Source: a virus (taxonomy: Duplodnaviria > Heunggongvirae > Uroviricota > Caudoviricetes). From it: DNA of 64,000 nt. Location: the IMG/VR virus record IMGVR_UViG_3300033144_005510; one strand, given 5' to 3'. Below are positions 28,848-39,140 of this stretch, piece by piece. Made by a program: the position numbers and the translations under genes. The first letter of the stretch is position 1. Each line of letters begins with the position of its first letter. The notes beneath the pieces are model-generated. The model was given only the letters and a program-made list of their open reading frames with translations. It was not told where the DNA came from and did no database searches.

Positions 28848-30744
28848 TTATTTCTCCTAAGCATAAATCTTGTTGAACACCCATAGCTTTATCTAGAGCA
28901 GTAATTCCTAAAACGTCAAATTTAATTCCGCCGACGTTTTCCAAGTCTTCCATTTCTAAACCAGCTATTTGTCTTCCGCTTTCTGTATCTAAAACCATGG
29001 GACACATATTCGCCAATGGTTCTGGAGCAATAACAACCCCAGCAGCATGTTTAGATTGAACTGTTTTAGTACCTTCTAATCTAATGGCTTGTTCAAATCT
29101 AGGTGCTAATGGGCCTGTTAATTTTCCGCTATCTTCAATTCTACACCATTCAGAAAGTTTATCAGGAGTATTTTCCAAACACCATTTAATGATTGAAGAT
29201 TCTCCCTGATCCTCTTTCATCTTCTGTAATTCATCCGCAATCTTTTGTTCTTCAATAATATTTTTAGTGATTTTATTCATTTCTTCAAAAGGAATTCCGC
29301 CATAAGCACGCAAAACATCCTTAATTGCCCCACGTCCCTTCATGGTCGTAAATGTAATCATTTGGCCGACATTCTGCTCTCCATACGTATCTCTCATATA
29401 CTGAATAACGTGTTCGCGAGCATATTTGGGAACATCCATATCTACATCTGGCATAGATACTCTGCCTCCCGTGTTACGACCAGCATTATAAAATCTTTCA
29501 AAAATTAAGTCAAAAGGCATAGGATCAATTGAAGTAATACCCAAAAGATAAGATACTAGACAACCAGCAGCGGAACCTCGTCCAGGTCCAGGCAACCATC
29601 CGCTTTTTCGCACGAAATCTATAATATCTGCAACAATTAAGAAATAACTAGATAGCCCTGCTCCTTGCAGAACCGCCATCTCTTTCTCGATTCTCTGAAC
29701 ATATTCTGGATGCTTCTCTTTGGGTACTACGTTTTGAATCTTCTGCCTCCAACCTTCTCGACACAAATGACGTAAATACTCCTCTGGATTCATCCCGTCT
29801 GGACAGGGGAAATTTGGAAGCATTGGTGGACGTAGAATGTTTTTGTATTCCTCTACCCTGGCTGCAAAAAGATTTGTGTTGTCCAGTTCCTCTGCCGTAT
29901 GCCATTGACGCATCTCCTCATATGATGGAATATGGTATTGATTAGATTTGAAAAATGTTCCAAGTCCAAATTCAGGCCTATTAGCCTGTTGGATAGTGGT
30001 TTTCATATTAGAACATAGTAGAATTCTTTGGTCTTGTGCGTCTTCTTTGCGAGCATAATGAGCATCAGGAGTAGCAACGCATGGAATTCCAGTATCTTTA
30101 CTAATTTCTCGAATACAATCAGCAACAATCTTTTGAGTTGGGTTTAGCACACAATCCATTAACTGAACTTCTAAAAAGAAATTATCTTTACCAAATGTAT
30201 CACTAAACCATCTTGCTAAACGGGTGCCTTCTGTTTTCCAGTGATTGGAAATCTCACCATCTTCATCAAATAGAACGTTGGCCATATTAGATCCTAAATG
30301 ACCACTAAAAGCCATTAAGTTTCCTTTTTGTGCAAATGGTTCTATTTGTTTTAAACTTAGGCGTGGTTTATGATAGAAATGATCCTTTTGGTTAGCCATA
30401 GAGACCATTTGTACTAAATCTCTCCATCCTTGATCATTGCGAGCAATTACGCACAAATGAGCCAATTTCCTGTTACGATCATTCTTCACATCGGCATTTT
30501 CTTTACAGATGTAAAACTCACATCCTAAAAGAGGCTTTTTACCAGACCTATTCATCTGTGATAGAAACTGAATGTGCCCACTCATAGAACCATGGTCTGT
30601 CAGAGCAGAACCTTCAGAACCTATTTCTTCACAACGAGAAGAGATATCTTCTGGTTTGCTAAGACCGTCGAGTAGGCTGTAGTGAGAATGAACGTGTAAC
30701 GGAAAATATTTACTCATTAATAACCACCGTAAATCTAGTATCAA
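28828..30744 (-). CDS. dnaE: DNA polymerase III alpha subunit, N-terminal fragment (PHP + palm)
   Basis: PHP motif LHVHSHYSLLDG and palm GPGRGSAAGCLVSYLLGITSIDPM...PDVDMD, closely matching E. coli DnaE. Confidence 0.85.
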   Translation of the reverse strand: MILDLRWLLMSKYFPLHVHSHYSLLDGLSKPEDISSRCEEIGSEGSALTDHGSMSGHIQFLSQMNRSGKKPLLGCEFYICKENADVKNDRNRKLAHLCVIARNDQGWRDLVQMVSMANQKDHFYHKPRLSLKQIEPFAQKGNLMAFSGHLGSNMANVLFDEDGEISNHWKTEGTRLARWFSDTFGKDNFFLEVQLMDCVLNPTQKIVADCIREISKDTGIPCVATPDAHYARKEDAQDQRILLCSNMKTTIQQANRPEFGLGTFFKSNQYHIPSYEEMRQWHTAEELDNTNLFAARVEEYKNILRPPMLPNFPCPDGMNPEEYLRHLCREGWRQKIQNVVPKEKHPEYVQRIEKEMAVLQGAGLSSYFLIVADIIDFVRKSGWLPGPGRGSAAGCLVSYLLGITSIDPMPFDLIFERFYNAGRNTGGRVSMPDVDMDVPKYAREHVIQYMRDTYGEQNVGQMITFTTMKGRGAIKDVLRAYGGIPFEEMNKITKNIIEEQKIADELQKMKEDQGESSIIKWCLENTPDKLSEWCRIEDSGKLTGPLAPRFEQAIRLEGTKTVQSKHAAGVVIAPEPLANMCPMVLDTESGRQIAGLEMEDLENVGGIKFDVLGITALDKAMGVQQDLCLGEINEISRA

Positions 30745-31219
30745 AATGTTTTACAAAAATAGGCTTAATTTCTTCCCAATCAATATTAGATGGAGCAGAC
30801 ATTAAAACTCTGTCCCAACCCATCGTATCTACAAGTTTTTTCATTACTTCGCAAGACAAAGAAATGGTTTCTTTATCTGGAGTATTTTTAAATTCTTCTC
30901 TAGTTGGAAATGCTGTAATAAATGTTAAATCAACATTTCCTTCAAGTTCCTCTGGCTGATTTTTTCTTTTAAGAAAAGTTGGATTGCACATAACTCCATC
31001 GGCATTTAAACCTGTTACAAGTCTATGTCCCCAGGTTTCACACAATCCTTCAAATCTTTCTTTGAACTCTTGCTCAATACCTGTTTCCATCACCAGCATT
31101 CCATTTCCTCTAACACTTTTAGTGATATCACACACGATTGCATCATAAGGCTCTTCAGCATTACCGTTTTCATTATAAACTTCGTCCCAAAAATTGCAAT
31201 CTTTTTTTTCGATAATCAT
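30710..31219 (-). CDS. hypothetical protein, 169 aa
   Basis: ORF only. Confidence 0.3.
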   Translation of the reverse strand: MIIEKKDCNFWDEVYNENGNAEEPYDAIVCDITKSVRGNGMLVMETGIEQEFKERFEGLCETWGHRLVTGLNADGVMCNPTFLKRKNQPEELEGNVDLTFITAFPTREEFKNTPDKETISLSCEVMKKLVDTMGWDRVLMSAPSNIDWEEIKPIFVKHFDTRFTVVINE

Positions 31220-32319
31220 TTGGTTTCTTCCTTTACTTCACCTGGAGCATCATATTTATTAATATCATGTCCTTTAGCAGACATATTTTTTATAACAGAA
31301 TTCATGGATCTATTCTGTAAACAATATTTGGTTTGTTCACACTTAGTCATACATTGACCTTTTGGGGTCACTTCTCCCTCTCTACGCTCAATAATCGGTT
31401 TGATATGAGTATCTTCAAAAGTCGTTGTTCCATAATGACAAAATTTAGTACATTTCCAAGACTTATTTAACGCTGGCATTTCACTGTTTTTAATATCTTC
31501 AAATTTTTCCTTTAACATATTCTCGATTTTTGGAATATCACTTCTGGAAAAACAGATAGTAAAAGGACCACCATCGTTTATAAAATAAATTACAATCTGA
31601 ATATTTTCAATGTCTGGATAGAGATGTTGAGCAGCGTAGTAGTAAAGCATTAATTGCGGGTCTTTGTTTAATGCCGCATAATCCTTTTCCTCTCCAGTTG
31701 CCCAATTTAATCTTCTTCCAGTTTTCCAATCTAAGATTTGGTATGTCTCGTCATCAATTTTACTAATTTGATCTATCGTACCTTTTAAGGCCAAGAATCC
31801 TTCTACAGTATCTCCATTAGGAAGTTCGTACTCATACATTGCCCAAGGTTTATTTACTTCGAAATCAAAAGCCTGTTCGGCTTTAACCATCTCAGAGTTT
31901 CTAGGATCAAACTCTCCGTCTCGATATTCAAGAGCCTTGTACGTCCATTGAAAACAGTGCTTCCTGTCTATCGGCTTCCATTTATGAATAGAGTAATGGA
32001 CATAGTAGTCATAACATTTACCAATTAGATCATCTACATCATAATCGGAAACGTCTACCGTGCCCACAACATCGTCTTCAAAAGTGTCCGCACCAAGCTG
32101 TTGCTGTAACTTAATTTCACCAAGAATCTCTAGAACCTTATGAACAATAGTGCCTTTCTCGGCTTTAATATTGCTCGGCCCTTTCCAACCTAAATTATAT
32201 TCAAGAAAATATTTCATCGGACACATCTCGTGGGAGCCGTAAGAGCTACTACGAAGATATGTAATAATCATTTTACCTCTATGTTTTCTGGAACCTGTAT
32301 AGCATCCATCCACTCCCAT
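31216..32319 (-). CDS. Cas4/RecB-family PD-(D/E)XK exonuclease with Fe-S cysteines
   Basis: N-terminal LRSSSYGSHEMCP (Cas4-type S-x-S...C), ILDWKTG motif III, C-terminal C-x-x-x-C...C...C cluster. Confidence 0.6.
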   Translation of the reverse strand: MGVDGCYTGSRKHRGKMIITYLRSSSYGSHEMCPMKYFLEYNLGWKGPSNIKAEKGTIVHKVLEILGEIKLQQQLGADTFEDDVVGTVDVSDYDVDDLIGKCYDYYVHYSIHKWKPIDRKHCFQWTYKALEYRDGEFDPRNSEMVKAEQAFDFEVNKPWAMYEYELPNGDTVEGFLALKGTIDQISKIDDETYQILDWKTGRRLNWATGEEKDYAALNKDPQLMLYYYAAQHLYPDIENIQIVIYFINDGGPFTICFSRSDIPKIENMLKEKFEDIKNSEMPALNKSWKCTKFCHYGTTTFEDTHIKPIIERREGEVTPKGQCMTKCEQTKYCLQNRSMNSVIKNMSAKGHDINKYDAPGEVKEETK

Positions 32320-33068
32320 TGGTGGAGTATTTGATACAAGGCTTGGTTTTGATCGGAAATACTCATTTCAGCATTATCAATAATAGCATCAAAGTTATTC
32401 CAATCGTAATTTTCCTTATCCAAGGCCAACTCACTTGCATGAGCATCGCTGGAATGTTGACCACGAGTCAACCTAATTACTTTTCCTCCTCTTTTTTTGA
32501 CTGCTTCAACTTCATTGGGAAATCTACAGTCTGTAATCACAGCCATTTGGCTGCCATGTTCCGTAATTCTATTTAGAGTTCCTTCGGCCCAGACAGGCTC
32601 ATAAATCTTACGAAAGAACTCAGTTCCTACAAACTGCATAACTTCTCTTGCAGTCATAGCTCCTTCTGTTTTTTGACCTTCAACACTTTTAGGCATATCT
32701 TCCCATTTTAAATGGGTTGCTTCATTCTTGTTCTGATCAGTGCCGTAACATTGATCATGAGTTAATCCCAAGAGGTTAATGCACACATCTCGTTTCAGGC
32801 AGTCGGCAAAGCTATAGCTTTTAATAAAAGGCCAAACAAATTCTGCACAAAATTCTCTCACGGTATTGTTATTTCTATCAACGTCAAAAATGCCTTCATA
32901 AGCATCGTCTCCGAAGATATCACTGATCCAAAGTCTTCCATCTGTTCTAACTTCGATTTTTTCTCGGACAACAGCGAGTTTTAGCATTTCAATACCAAGT
33001 AAAAAATTAAAAGATGTGTTTTTACCTGACTGTTTTCTTCCACAAAGTGCTAGAATTTTTTGACTCAT
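32268..33068 (-). CDS. deoxynucleoside monophosphate kinase (T4 gp1-like)
   Basis: P-loop ALCGRKQSGKNT and C-terminal block ITDCRFPNEVEAVKKRGGKVIRLTRGQHSSDAHASE parallel T4 gp1. Confidence 0.6.
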   Translation of the reverse strand: MSQKILALCGRKQSGKNTSFNFLLGIEMLKLAVVREKIEVRTDGRLWISDIFGDDAYEGIFDVDRNNNTVREFCAEFVWPFIKSYSFADCLKRDVCINLLGLTHDQCYGTDQNKNEATHLKWEDMPKSVEGQKTEGAMTAREVMQFVGTEFFRKIYEPVWAEGTLNRITEHGSQMAVITDCRFPNEVEAVKKRGGKVIRLTRGQHSSDAHASELALDKENYDWNNFDAIIDNAEMSISDQNQALYQILHQWEWMDAIQVPENIEVK

Positions 33069-34264
33069 ATCCCTAAATCTTTCTTTACTTGTTTAATAAC
33101 TGGAGATAATTTTGCTTTAATTACTTCCACTTCATTATCAGCAATATCGCCTTGGCCAATTTTTGGTTCGTAGATTTTATAACTATTTCCACAGGACTTA
33201 CGAATACCCTTTGCAGCTATTCTACCCGCTTCATCGGGGTCTGTCAACACAATTAATGATAAAGCACCAGATCTATCTAAGATATGTCTTTGGCCGTCCG
33301 TTAAATGCGCACCAAATGTAGCTAAGGAAGTATGAAAACCAGCTTCTTCTAATCTCCAAACATTACCAGGACTTTCAACAATTATAGCATATCCTTCTTC
33401 GGCGATACGGTCTTTTGCAAACCAATAATTATATAAATAGTCCTCGCCTTTAAACCCGTGATTATGCTTCCATTTACAGAACTTCCATTTAGACCTTGTG
33501 TCTGGGCAGGAGTGAGAGGGATTGTGGTAAGTTTCACACAAAGGACAAGCGTCCCAAATAGATCTACCAGTACAGCCTATTACCATTTCATGGTTATCAT
33601 CATAAATAGGAGCGACTGCCCTCATAGACATTTCTTTGCCAGGGGTTGTACATAACCCGACATCATATTTTTCTAAAATTTCAGAAGAAAAACCTCGGCT
33701 TATAAAGTATTCAGAGGGAATGCTTAATCCTTTAGTAACAGTTTCTCTTGGTAGGTTTAAGCTTTTCTTTGGTTCGTCCCTAGCATAGATATTTTTCATT
33801 TGACTGCTAAATTTTTGTCTTTCGATGGCAGCAAAATCAATTTCAATATCTGAAAAATTATCAGTATTACCAGTAAAAGCTTGTAAAAATTTCACAGCTT
33901 CTGGAAAAGGGCATTCTTTTTCTACATCTTTTTTATCGCCCCAACCATACTTCGTTCTTGATAAATAACCTCTAATAAAACCAATTAATGTTGGATGGAA
34001 ATGCTCATGGCAACCATGAGAAAAACATCTCCAATTACCTATGATTTGATCTCCAGTATGGAAAATATTAAAAGCGCTTTTTCCTCCTCCTCCATGGACA
34101 GGACAAGCCCCAACGTAATACCTAGAAGTTCTACGCATAGATTCTTTTAAACCAAGGTATTCTAAAAGATCTTCTAATTTTTCGCCTGCTGCTTTATCCA
34201 ACACTTGGAGCAGGCCTTGGTTATGAACTCTTTTATTCGAACGGGATTTGGTCATCGTTATCAT
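33065..34264 (-). CDS. DnaG-type DNA primase (zinc-binding domain + TOPRIM)
   Basis: CPVHGGGGKSAFNIF zinc-ribbon region and TOPRIM IIVESPGNVWRLEEAGF...DPDEAG. Confidence 0.7.
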   Translation of the reverse strand: MITMTKSRSNKRVHNQGLLQVLDKAAGEKLEDLLEYLGLKESMRRTSRYYVGACPVHGGGGKSAFNIFHTGDQIIGNWRCFSHGCHEHFHPTLIGFIRGYLSRTKYGWGDKKDVEKECPFPEAVKFLQAFTGNTDNFSDIEIDFAAIERQKFSSQMKNIYARDEPKKSLNLPRETVTKGLSIPSEYFISRGFSSEILEKYDVGLCTTPGKEMSMRAVAPIYDDNHEMVIGCTGRSIWDACPLCETYHNPSHSCPDTRSKWKFCKWKHNHGFKGEDYLYNYWFAKDRIAEEGYAIIVESPGNVWRLEEAGFHTSLATFGAHLTDGQRHILDRSGALSLIVLTDPDEAGRIAAKGIRKSCGNSYKIYEPKIGQGDIADNEVEVIKAKLSPVIKQVKKDLGI

Positions 34265-35687
34265 CTTCTACCACCACAAAGTTATCGCCAATGTTATTTA
34301 GTAAAGCGGGGTCAATCTCAATAAGTTGAGCCTTATATTTATTCATTTGAGCATTCACATACTCTCCAAAATCGTGACCAGGACCATAACGTGACAAAAC
34401 AGTCACCATCTTTCTATTACCTAGTTCTGGCCCATCCTCAGCAATTTCTTCTTCTGACTTATGCTTTAAGATGGAGAAGCTTGTGCAAAACCATGTTAAT
34501 CTATCAGAACCAGATACAACTGCCGACGTTTCATTGTCAATACCATCTCTATTCAACTGCGTAAAAGCTAGAATTGGTACTGCGTACCGTGTTCCAAAAT
34601 TTTGTAATGCGGTCATCATCATTCCAAGCATCTGGAATTCTCGGACTGCATCGTTAACACCCTCCATATCCATCATTTTTAGGTAATCGTAAATAATGAC
34701 ACATTCCTTTGCGGTGCCATCTGGGTTTAAGCCTACAGTAGACTGTACCCATCTACGAATAACATAAAGCTGATCTTCAAATGGCTTTCCAGCAATATCA
34801 ATACGATAAAGAGGAGACTTCGCTATTTGTTCGGCTGCATCGTGAACATTAGCCCTAGCAGCAGGAGAATCAGAAAATGCTCCAGTTTTAATGTCTTTGA
34901 TATCTTGGCCACTAATAGAGGCCAATAATTTATCGGAGATGTCTCGATACCTACCCTTTTCGATCATTTCTGTGTCAACGTAGAGAACTGGAACACCAGA
35001 TTTTGCGATATTGTACGCAACATTAATTGATAACGTTGTTTTACCAACTTTGGGTCTGGCTCCAATCATAGCTACACCAGGATTAAGACCACCACCAATT
35101 GATTCGTCAAACTGAGGGAACCCTGTACTAACACCGATTTGTTGACATGGGTTGTCTTCAAGATATTTAACATACTCTTCAATCCCATCGCCAACTTGAG
35201 TAGGCTTTAATTCGCTCTCACCGTCGAACATTGAAGTAAAGTCGAAGATTGTATTTTCCGCAATGCCTAATAATTCAGACACAGCTTCTGTTCCATCAAT
35301 CTCAGACATCTTCTCTTGAAGAAGAGCACCCTGGTCATGAATAAGTCTAGCAATTTCTAGTCGTCTTAGTTTACCAGCAAATCTACGAACATTTTGAGGA
35401 ACTGTTCTAAGTGCTAGAATACTGCTTAAATGCTTTGCTTCTTCTTTTCGTTCTAAAATATGGTCTAGTTGCAGTTCTTTTGCAGCAGAAAGAATAGAGG
35501 GCAGGTCTACAACTGCACCATCTTCTTTGCATATGTGTTCAAGACATTTAAAGATGACCTTATTAGAATCGACTGCAAATGTATTAACCTTTACCAAATC
35601 TGTAATATCCAAAAATAAATCACCGCCATGTTGGCAAATACCTGCCAATACAGCTCTTTCCGCAGCAACATCTTGAACTACTGACAT
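34233..35687 (-). CDS. dnaB: replicative DNA helicase DnaB
   Basis: N-terminal ERAVLAGI box, Walker A GARPKVGKT, ILAFTQLNRDG. Confidence 0.8.
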   Translation of the reverse strand: MSVVQDVAAERAVLAGICQHGGDLFLDITDLVKVNTFAVDSNKVIFKCLEHICKEDGAVVDLPSILSAAKELQLDHILERKEEAKHLSSILALRTVPQNVRRFAGKLRRLEIARLIHDQGALLQEKMSEIDGTEAVSELLGIAENTIFDFTSMFDGESELKPTQVGDGIEEYVKYLEDNPCQQIGVSTGFPQFDESIGGGLNPGVAMIGARPKVGKTTLSINVAYNIAKSGVPVLYVDTEMIEKGRYRDISDKLLASISGQDIKDIKTGAFSDSPAARANVHDAAEQIAKSPLYRIDIAGKPFEDQLYVIRRWVQSTVGLNPDGTAKECVIIYDYLKMMDMEGVNDAVREFQMLGMMMTALQNFGTRYAVPILAFTQLNRDGIDNETSAVVSGSDRLTWFCTSFSILKHKSEEEIAEDGPELGNRKMVTVLSRYGPGHDFGEYVNAQMNKYKAQLIEIDPALLNNIGDNFVVVEDDNDDQIPFE

Positions 35688-36332
35688 TTATGACTCCTGT
35701 GAACCGTGGGTTCCTCTTCCAGCGCAATCGTTACAAGTCCATTTGGCTCTTCCTGAGTCTGGATCGACATAAACCAAAGATGGGTTTACGTCAAAATACA
35801 GTTGACAGGACTCACATTGAACTTCCGCAAACTTAAATTCTTCTGGTCTTTCTGAAACTTCTCGGCCTCTCCAAAGTGCCTGATCAATCTTTGAGTCTGC
35901 CTTATGAGAATTACGTTCTCTCATTTTATCAAACTTGTTGTTTCCATCAAGCCTAACAGACTCTGTTCTTGCCAATCTTCTTCCTCTACCTTGCTTGGGA
36001 GTTGTTTCAACATTAGCATTACGCCGAGGAGCAGTTCTGCCTCTTCCTCTAGAACGTGCTTCTGTTTGTTGCTCAACTTCGTCAGGCATAACAATTCTTT
36101 GTCTAGGTTGAGAACGACCAGGACCATGGTCAATTATAACCTCTTCAGAGCTATTGTCAACTGAATTTATGTTTTCTTTTCGACTTGTATCTCTTTCTGT
36201 TGGTACTTCGACTTCGCTTTCATCTTGATCATTGGTGATACTGTTGATGATATCGCCAAGTTTAGCCAGTTCTTCTGGAGAAAGCGATTGCAATTGGCTA
36301 ATAATATTACGATCTTCGCTCATTTGAATCAC
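35688..36332 (-). CDS. hypothetical protein with C-terminal C4 zinc finger, 214 aa
   Basis: CESC...CNDC at C-terminus. Confidence 0.35.
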   Translation of the reverse strand: MIQMSEDRNIISQLQSLSPEELAKLGDIINSITNDQDESEVEVPTERDTSRKENINSVDNSSEEVIIDHGPGRSQPRQRIVMPDEVEQQTEARSRGRGRTAPRRNANVETTPKQGRGRRLARTESVRLDGNNKFDKMRERNSHKADSKIDQALWRGREVSERPEEFKFAEVQCESCQLYFDVNPSLVYVDPDSGRAKWTCNDCAGRGTHGSQES

Positions 36333-36819
36333 CTATTTTATTTTTAAATACTAAAGAAATTACATAAGATAAATTCTTGATTCCGCCAGACAGATCATTC
36401 AATCTCTCGATTCTCTGACTAGCATAAATCATAATAGATTGAAGCTCTTTAGCTGCTGAGTTTTCTTTACAAATTAAAGAGGCTCTCATCTCATACTTTG
36501 TATATTTATCATAATCATTAAAATGCGTGGCAATAATCGAATTCAATTCCGAATCTGCCCATGTTTTAATGGCTTTATCTCTATTGAGACATCTCTGTAG
36601 ATAAAATGAATACTGAGAAAGTCTAACAGAGATAGCTATAGCCCGATCTGGGCTCATTGCTTCTACAGTTTGACGATCCATCGACAGGTATTCCTGAAGC
36701 TCATTCTCGTCGCCTGGAGGAACATTAACTGGTAAACCAATCTTATTTTCATATTCATCTAATAATTTATTTCTGTCGGCCAATTTTTGCTTAAATACGC
36801 TCATATCTGATCCGTCCAA
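36307..36819 (-). CDS. hypothetical protein, 170 aa
   Basis: ORF only. Confidence 0.3.
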   Translation of the reverse strand: MDGSDMSVFKQKLADRNKLLDEYENKIGLPVNVPPGDENELQEYLSMDRQTVEAMSPDRAIAISVRLSQYSFYLQRCLNRDKAIKTWADSELNSIIATHFNDYDKYTKYEMRASLICKENSAAKELQSIMIYASQRIERLNDLSGGIKNLSYVISLVFKNKIGDSNERRS

Positions 36820-37196
36820 TCTTCTTCTTCATCGTACTTGAAAACAATCAATTCGATTCCATTGATCTCACACCACTCAGCCTTATCTCTGTCATTCTTA
36901 CACTGCCTCATAAAATCCTGTGTGGTATTATGAAACATTGAGTTGAAAGAGTAATGTTGTTGACCGTGAACCTCTACAGCTAGTTTACGCAAAGGGAAGT
37001 AAAAGTCAATATATAAAGTTTTACCTTTACGAACTTTTACCCTTACTTCTTCAAGCATTTGCAATGTTGGAAATCTAGATCTTAAAACTTCTCTAGCAGC
37101 CTTATGAAGAGAGGAACGTGGGCGAGTATCGGCATGAACTTCTTTACCCCCCATATTCCACTTTGATTCATAACCATCTAAATCATACACTTGCAT
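36801..37196 (-). CDS. Vsr/DUF559-like endonuclease domain protein (stand-alone)
   Basis: LYIDFYFPLRKLAVEVHGQQHY... parallels the nuclease domain of ORF 15881..16711. Confidence 0.45.
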   Translation of the reverse strand: MQVYDLDGYESKWNMGGKEVHADTRPRSSLHKAAREVLRSRFPTLQMLEEVRVKVRKGKTLYIDFYFPLRKLAVEVHGQQHYSFNSMFHNTTQDFMRQCKNDRDKAEWCEINGIELIVFKYDEEEDWTDQI

Positions 37197-38247
37197 CTGA
37201 TAGACCCATCATGTCTCTGAATTTAGTGTTAATTTCATCCATAAGCTCAGGGTTTTCGATAAAATAGTTTCTAACTTTATCTTTTCCTTGAAGTTTCTCT
37301 CCATTTGGAAGAGTAAACCATGCTCCACCCTTTGAAATAATACCAAGGTCTAAAGCAACATCAATTAATTCCATTGCTGCGTCAAGACCATACCCAAACC
37401 TAAACATTGACTGGCAGGTTGTTTCACAAGGACCATTTAGCAATGGAGCACAGAAACATTCCCAATTAACCTTTTTACCAACCTTAACTTGATTGCCATC
37501 AGATCCTTCTTTCCAGTCTTCAGACCAAGCCTTTAGTTTAACGTCCACTTGATATTGGACCTTGTTTCCAGAAGCCTCAGCCCAGGAAGAAAATCCAAAT
37601 CCAGTGTTTGCAATCTGGTGAGTAATTCCAACGACTATAGATTTATTAATCGGTATTACGTTTGAAATTCTTTTGCAAAAAAGAGATAAAAACTTAGGAA
37701 CATTATCTCTGTACTCTTTATCATCCCAATCCTTTTCTCTTCCCTTTTTACTACAAAGCTGAGAAAAAGAATCAAAGATAAAAATTGATCCAGGCTCTTC
37801 GTTAATATAAGCTTCACCCATTTCTAAGTAATTTTCTGCCGTCAGAATCTTACCTGGACTTGAGGTATAGATTTGAACTCTTCCATCTTCAAGGTGCTTT
37901 TTCATATTGTGGATACCAAGCAGATCCCGCTTATTAAGTCTTCCTTCAATATTAAAGAAATGAAGTCTTCTGGGATTATCCCATGTAGTAGGGATATCTA
38001 GAGCATTGGCGGCCATTTGAAGGGCCATGCTTGTTTTACCAACTTTAGGAGCACCAGTTGGGATAACAAAGGAACCAAAGGGGATTCCTCCTCCCAACAT
38101 CGCATCAATCATAGGACTGATTGGAACAACAACTTGAGGCTCATTGACGATATAATTGCCAGTTACGATAACACCATCACCAAACTGTTGTGCAAATTTC
38201 TCGTCTAACGAGCTAATACTTTCAGTCTTCTTCTTTGTCTTCGCCAT
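37183..38247 (-). CDS. RecA/UvsX-family recombinase (start probably MAKTKKK at 38247 rather than 38301)
   Basis: SPMIDAMLGGGIPFGSFVIPTGAPKVGKTSMALQMAANA matches the RecA Walker-A region. C-terminal third parallels RecA. Confidence 0.65.
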   Translation of the reverse strand: MAKTKKKTESISSLDEKFAQQFGDGVIVTGNYIVNEPQVVVPISPMIDAMLGGGIPFGSFVIPTGAPKVGKTSMALQMAANALDIPTTWDNPRRLHFFNIEGRLNKRDLLGIHNMKKHLEDGRVQIYTSSPGKILTAENYLEMGEAYINEEPGSIFIFDSFSQLCSKKGREKDWDDKEYRDNVPKFLSLFCKRISNVIPINKSIVVGITHQIANTGFGFSSWAEASGNKVQYQVDVKLKAWSEDWKEGSDGNQVKVGKKVNWECFCAPLLNGPCETTCQSMFRFGYGLDAAMELIDVALDLGIISKGGAWFTLPNGEKLQGKDKVRNYFIENPELMDEINTKFRDMMGLSDASV

Positions 38248-38707
38248 TTTCTTTTTCCTCAATGTCAAGAGCCAAAAGTTTATCAAGAGCAGAACCACCA
38301 AGACGAGCTGTTCTTCGCTTGGGTACTTCTATTATACGCTCTTTAACAGGTTGTCGCTCTTTCTTTTCCTTTTCTGCTAACGCAACTTTAGCGTCGTATT
38401 CTTTTTGTTCCTGATCAAGAACTTTAATAATCCACTTAGGAATCAATGTTCTTATTTTCTTCTGCTTAATAACTTTTATGATGACCTTTTCGTCATATTT
38501 CTTTAAAAGTCTGTGGGTTGCTCTTAATTGAGCTTTAAAAAAGCTGGCCCATTCATCTAGATTCCAGAATTTCATAGGGAGGTCTTTATTATGAAACCTC
38601 GCATTTTGTTCACAAACTAACTCAATGATGTATTGAGCAGGAGTAACCCATCCACCAGGAGAATATCTTGACGGATATTTAGATTTTTCGCTTCTTTCTT
38701 TAGGCAT
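38222..38707 (-). CDS. hypothetical K/E-rich protein, 161 aa
   Basis: ORF only. Confidence 0.3.
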   Translation of the reverse strand: MPKERSEKSKYPSRYSPGGWVTPAQYIIELVCEQNARFHNKDLPMKFWNLDEWASFFKAQLRATHRLLKKYDEKVIIKVIKQKKIRTLIPKWIIKVLDQEQKEYDAKVALAEKEKKERQPVKERIIEVPKRRTARLGGSALDKLLALDIEEKENGEDKEED

Positions 38708-39140
38708 TCTGAACCAATAAAATATGTACCAATAGTTCCATCTCGTTACGATAAAAAGCCGTTTTATTTGGAACTATAATAAAATCTGAGTACCCTAATG
38801 TATCACAATCATCAAGACTAATCTTTATTTGCTCTATCAATTCTGAAATCATCTCTTCTACTACATCTAGTCGCCCGTCATTAAGATAGGTTAGTTTGAT
38901 AGCAGCAGAAAATGTTTTTTGTTCGATAAAGTGTGGAAATAAAGATAATATATCATCCGAATAATAAGTGAAATCTTTTAAAGCCTCAGATTTTACTATA
39001 GGTTGAATAATCTTAGCAAATTCATTTTGAGCGTCCAAAGCATGGTTCATATCTTTTCTGGAACTTTCAGCCCACCATGTGGTGAACTTATAGCCACACT
39101 GTTTTATAATCGCCAAAAACTCTGGACTTAGATTATTCAT
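38700..39140 (-). CDS. hypothetical protein, 146 aa
   Basis: ORF only. Confidence 0.3.
   Translation of the reverse strand: MNNLSPEFLAIIKQCGYKFTTWWAESSRKDMNHALDAQNEFAKIIQPIVKSEALKDFTYYSDDILSLFPHFIEQKTFSAAIKLTYLNDGRLDVVEEMISELIEQIKISLDDCDTLGYSDFIIVPNKTAFYRNEMELLVHILLVQNA

Noticed and set aside
38222-38301. Upstream extension of the RecA-like ORF (MVVLLLINFWLLTLRKKK...).
   Set aside because: Hydrophobic junk-like peptide overlapping the preceding gene. MAKTKKK at 38247 is the more plausible start.
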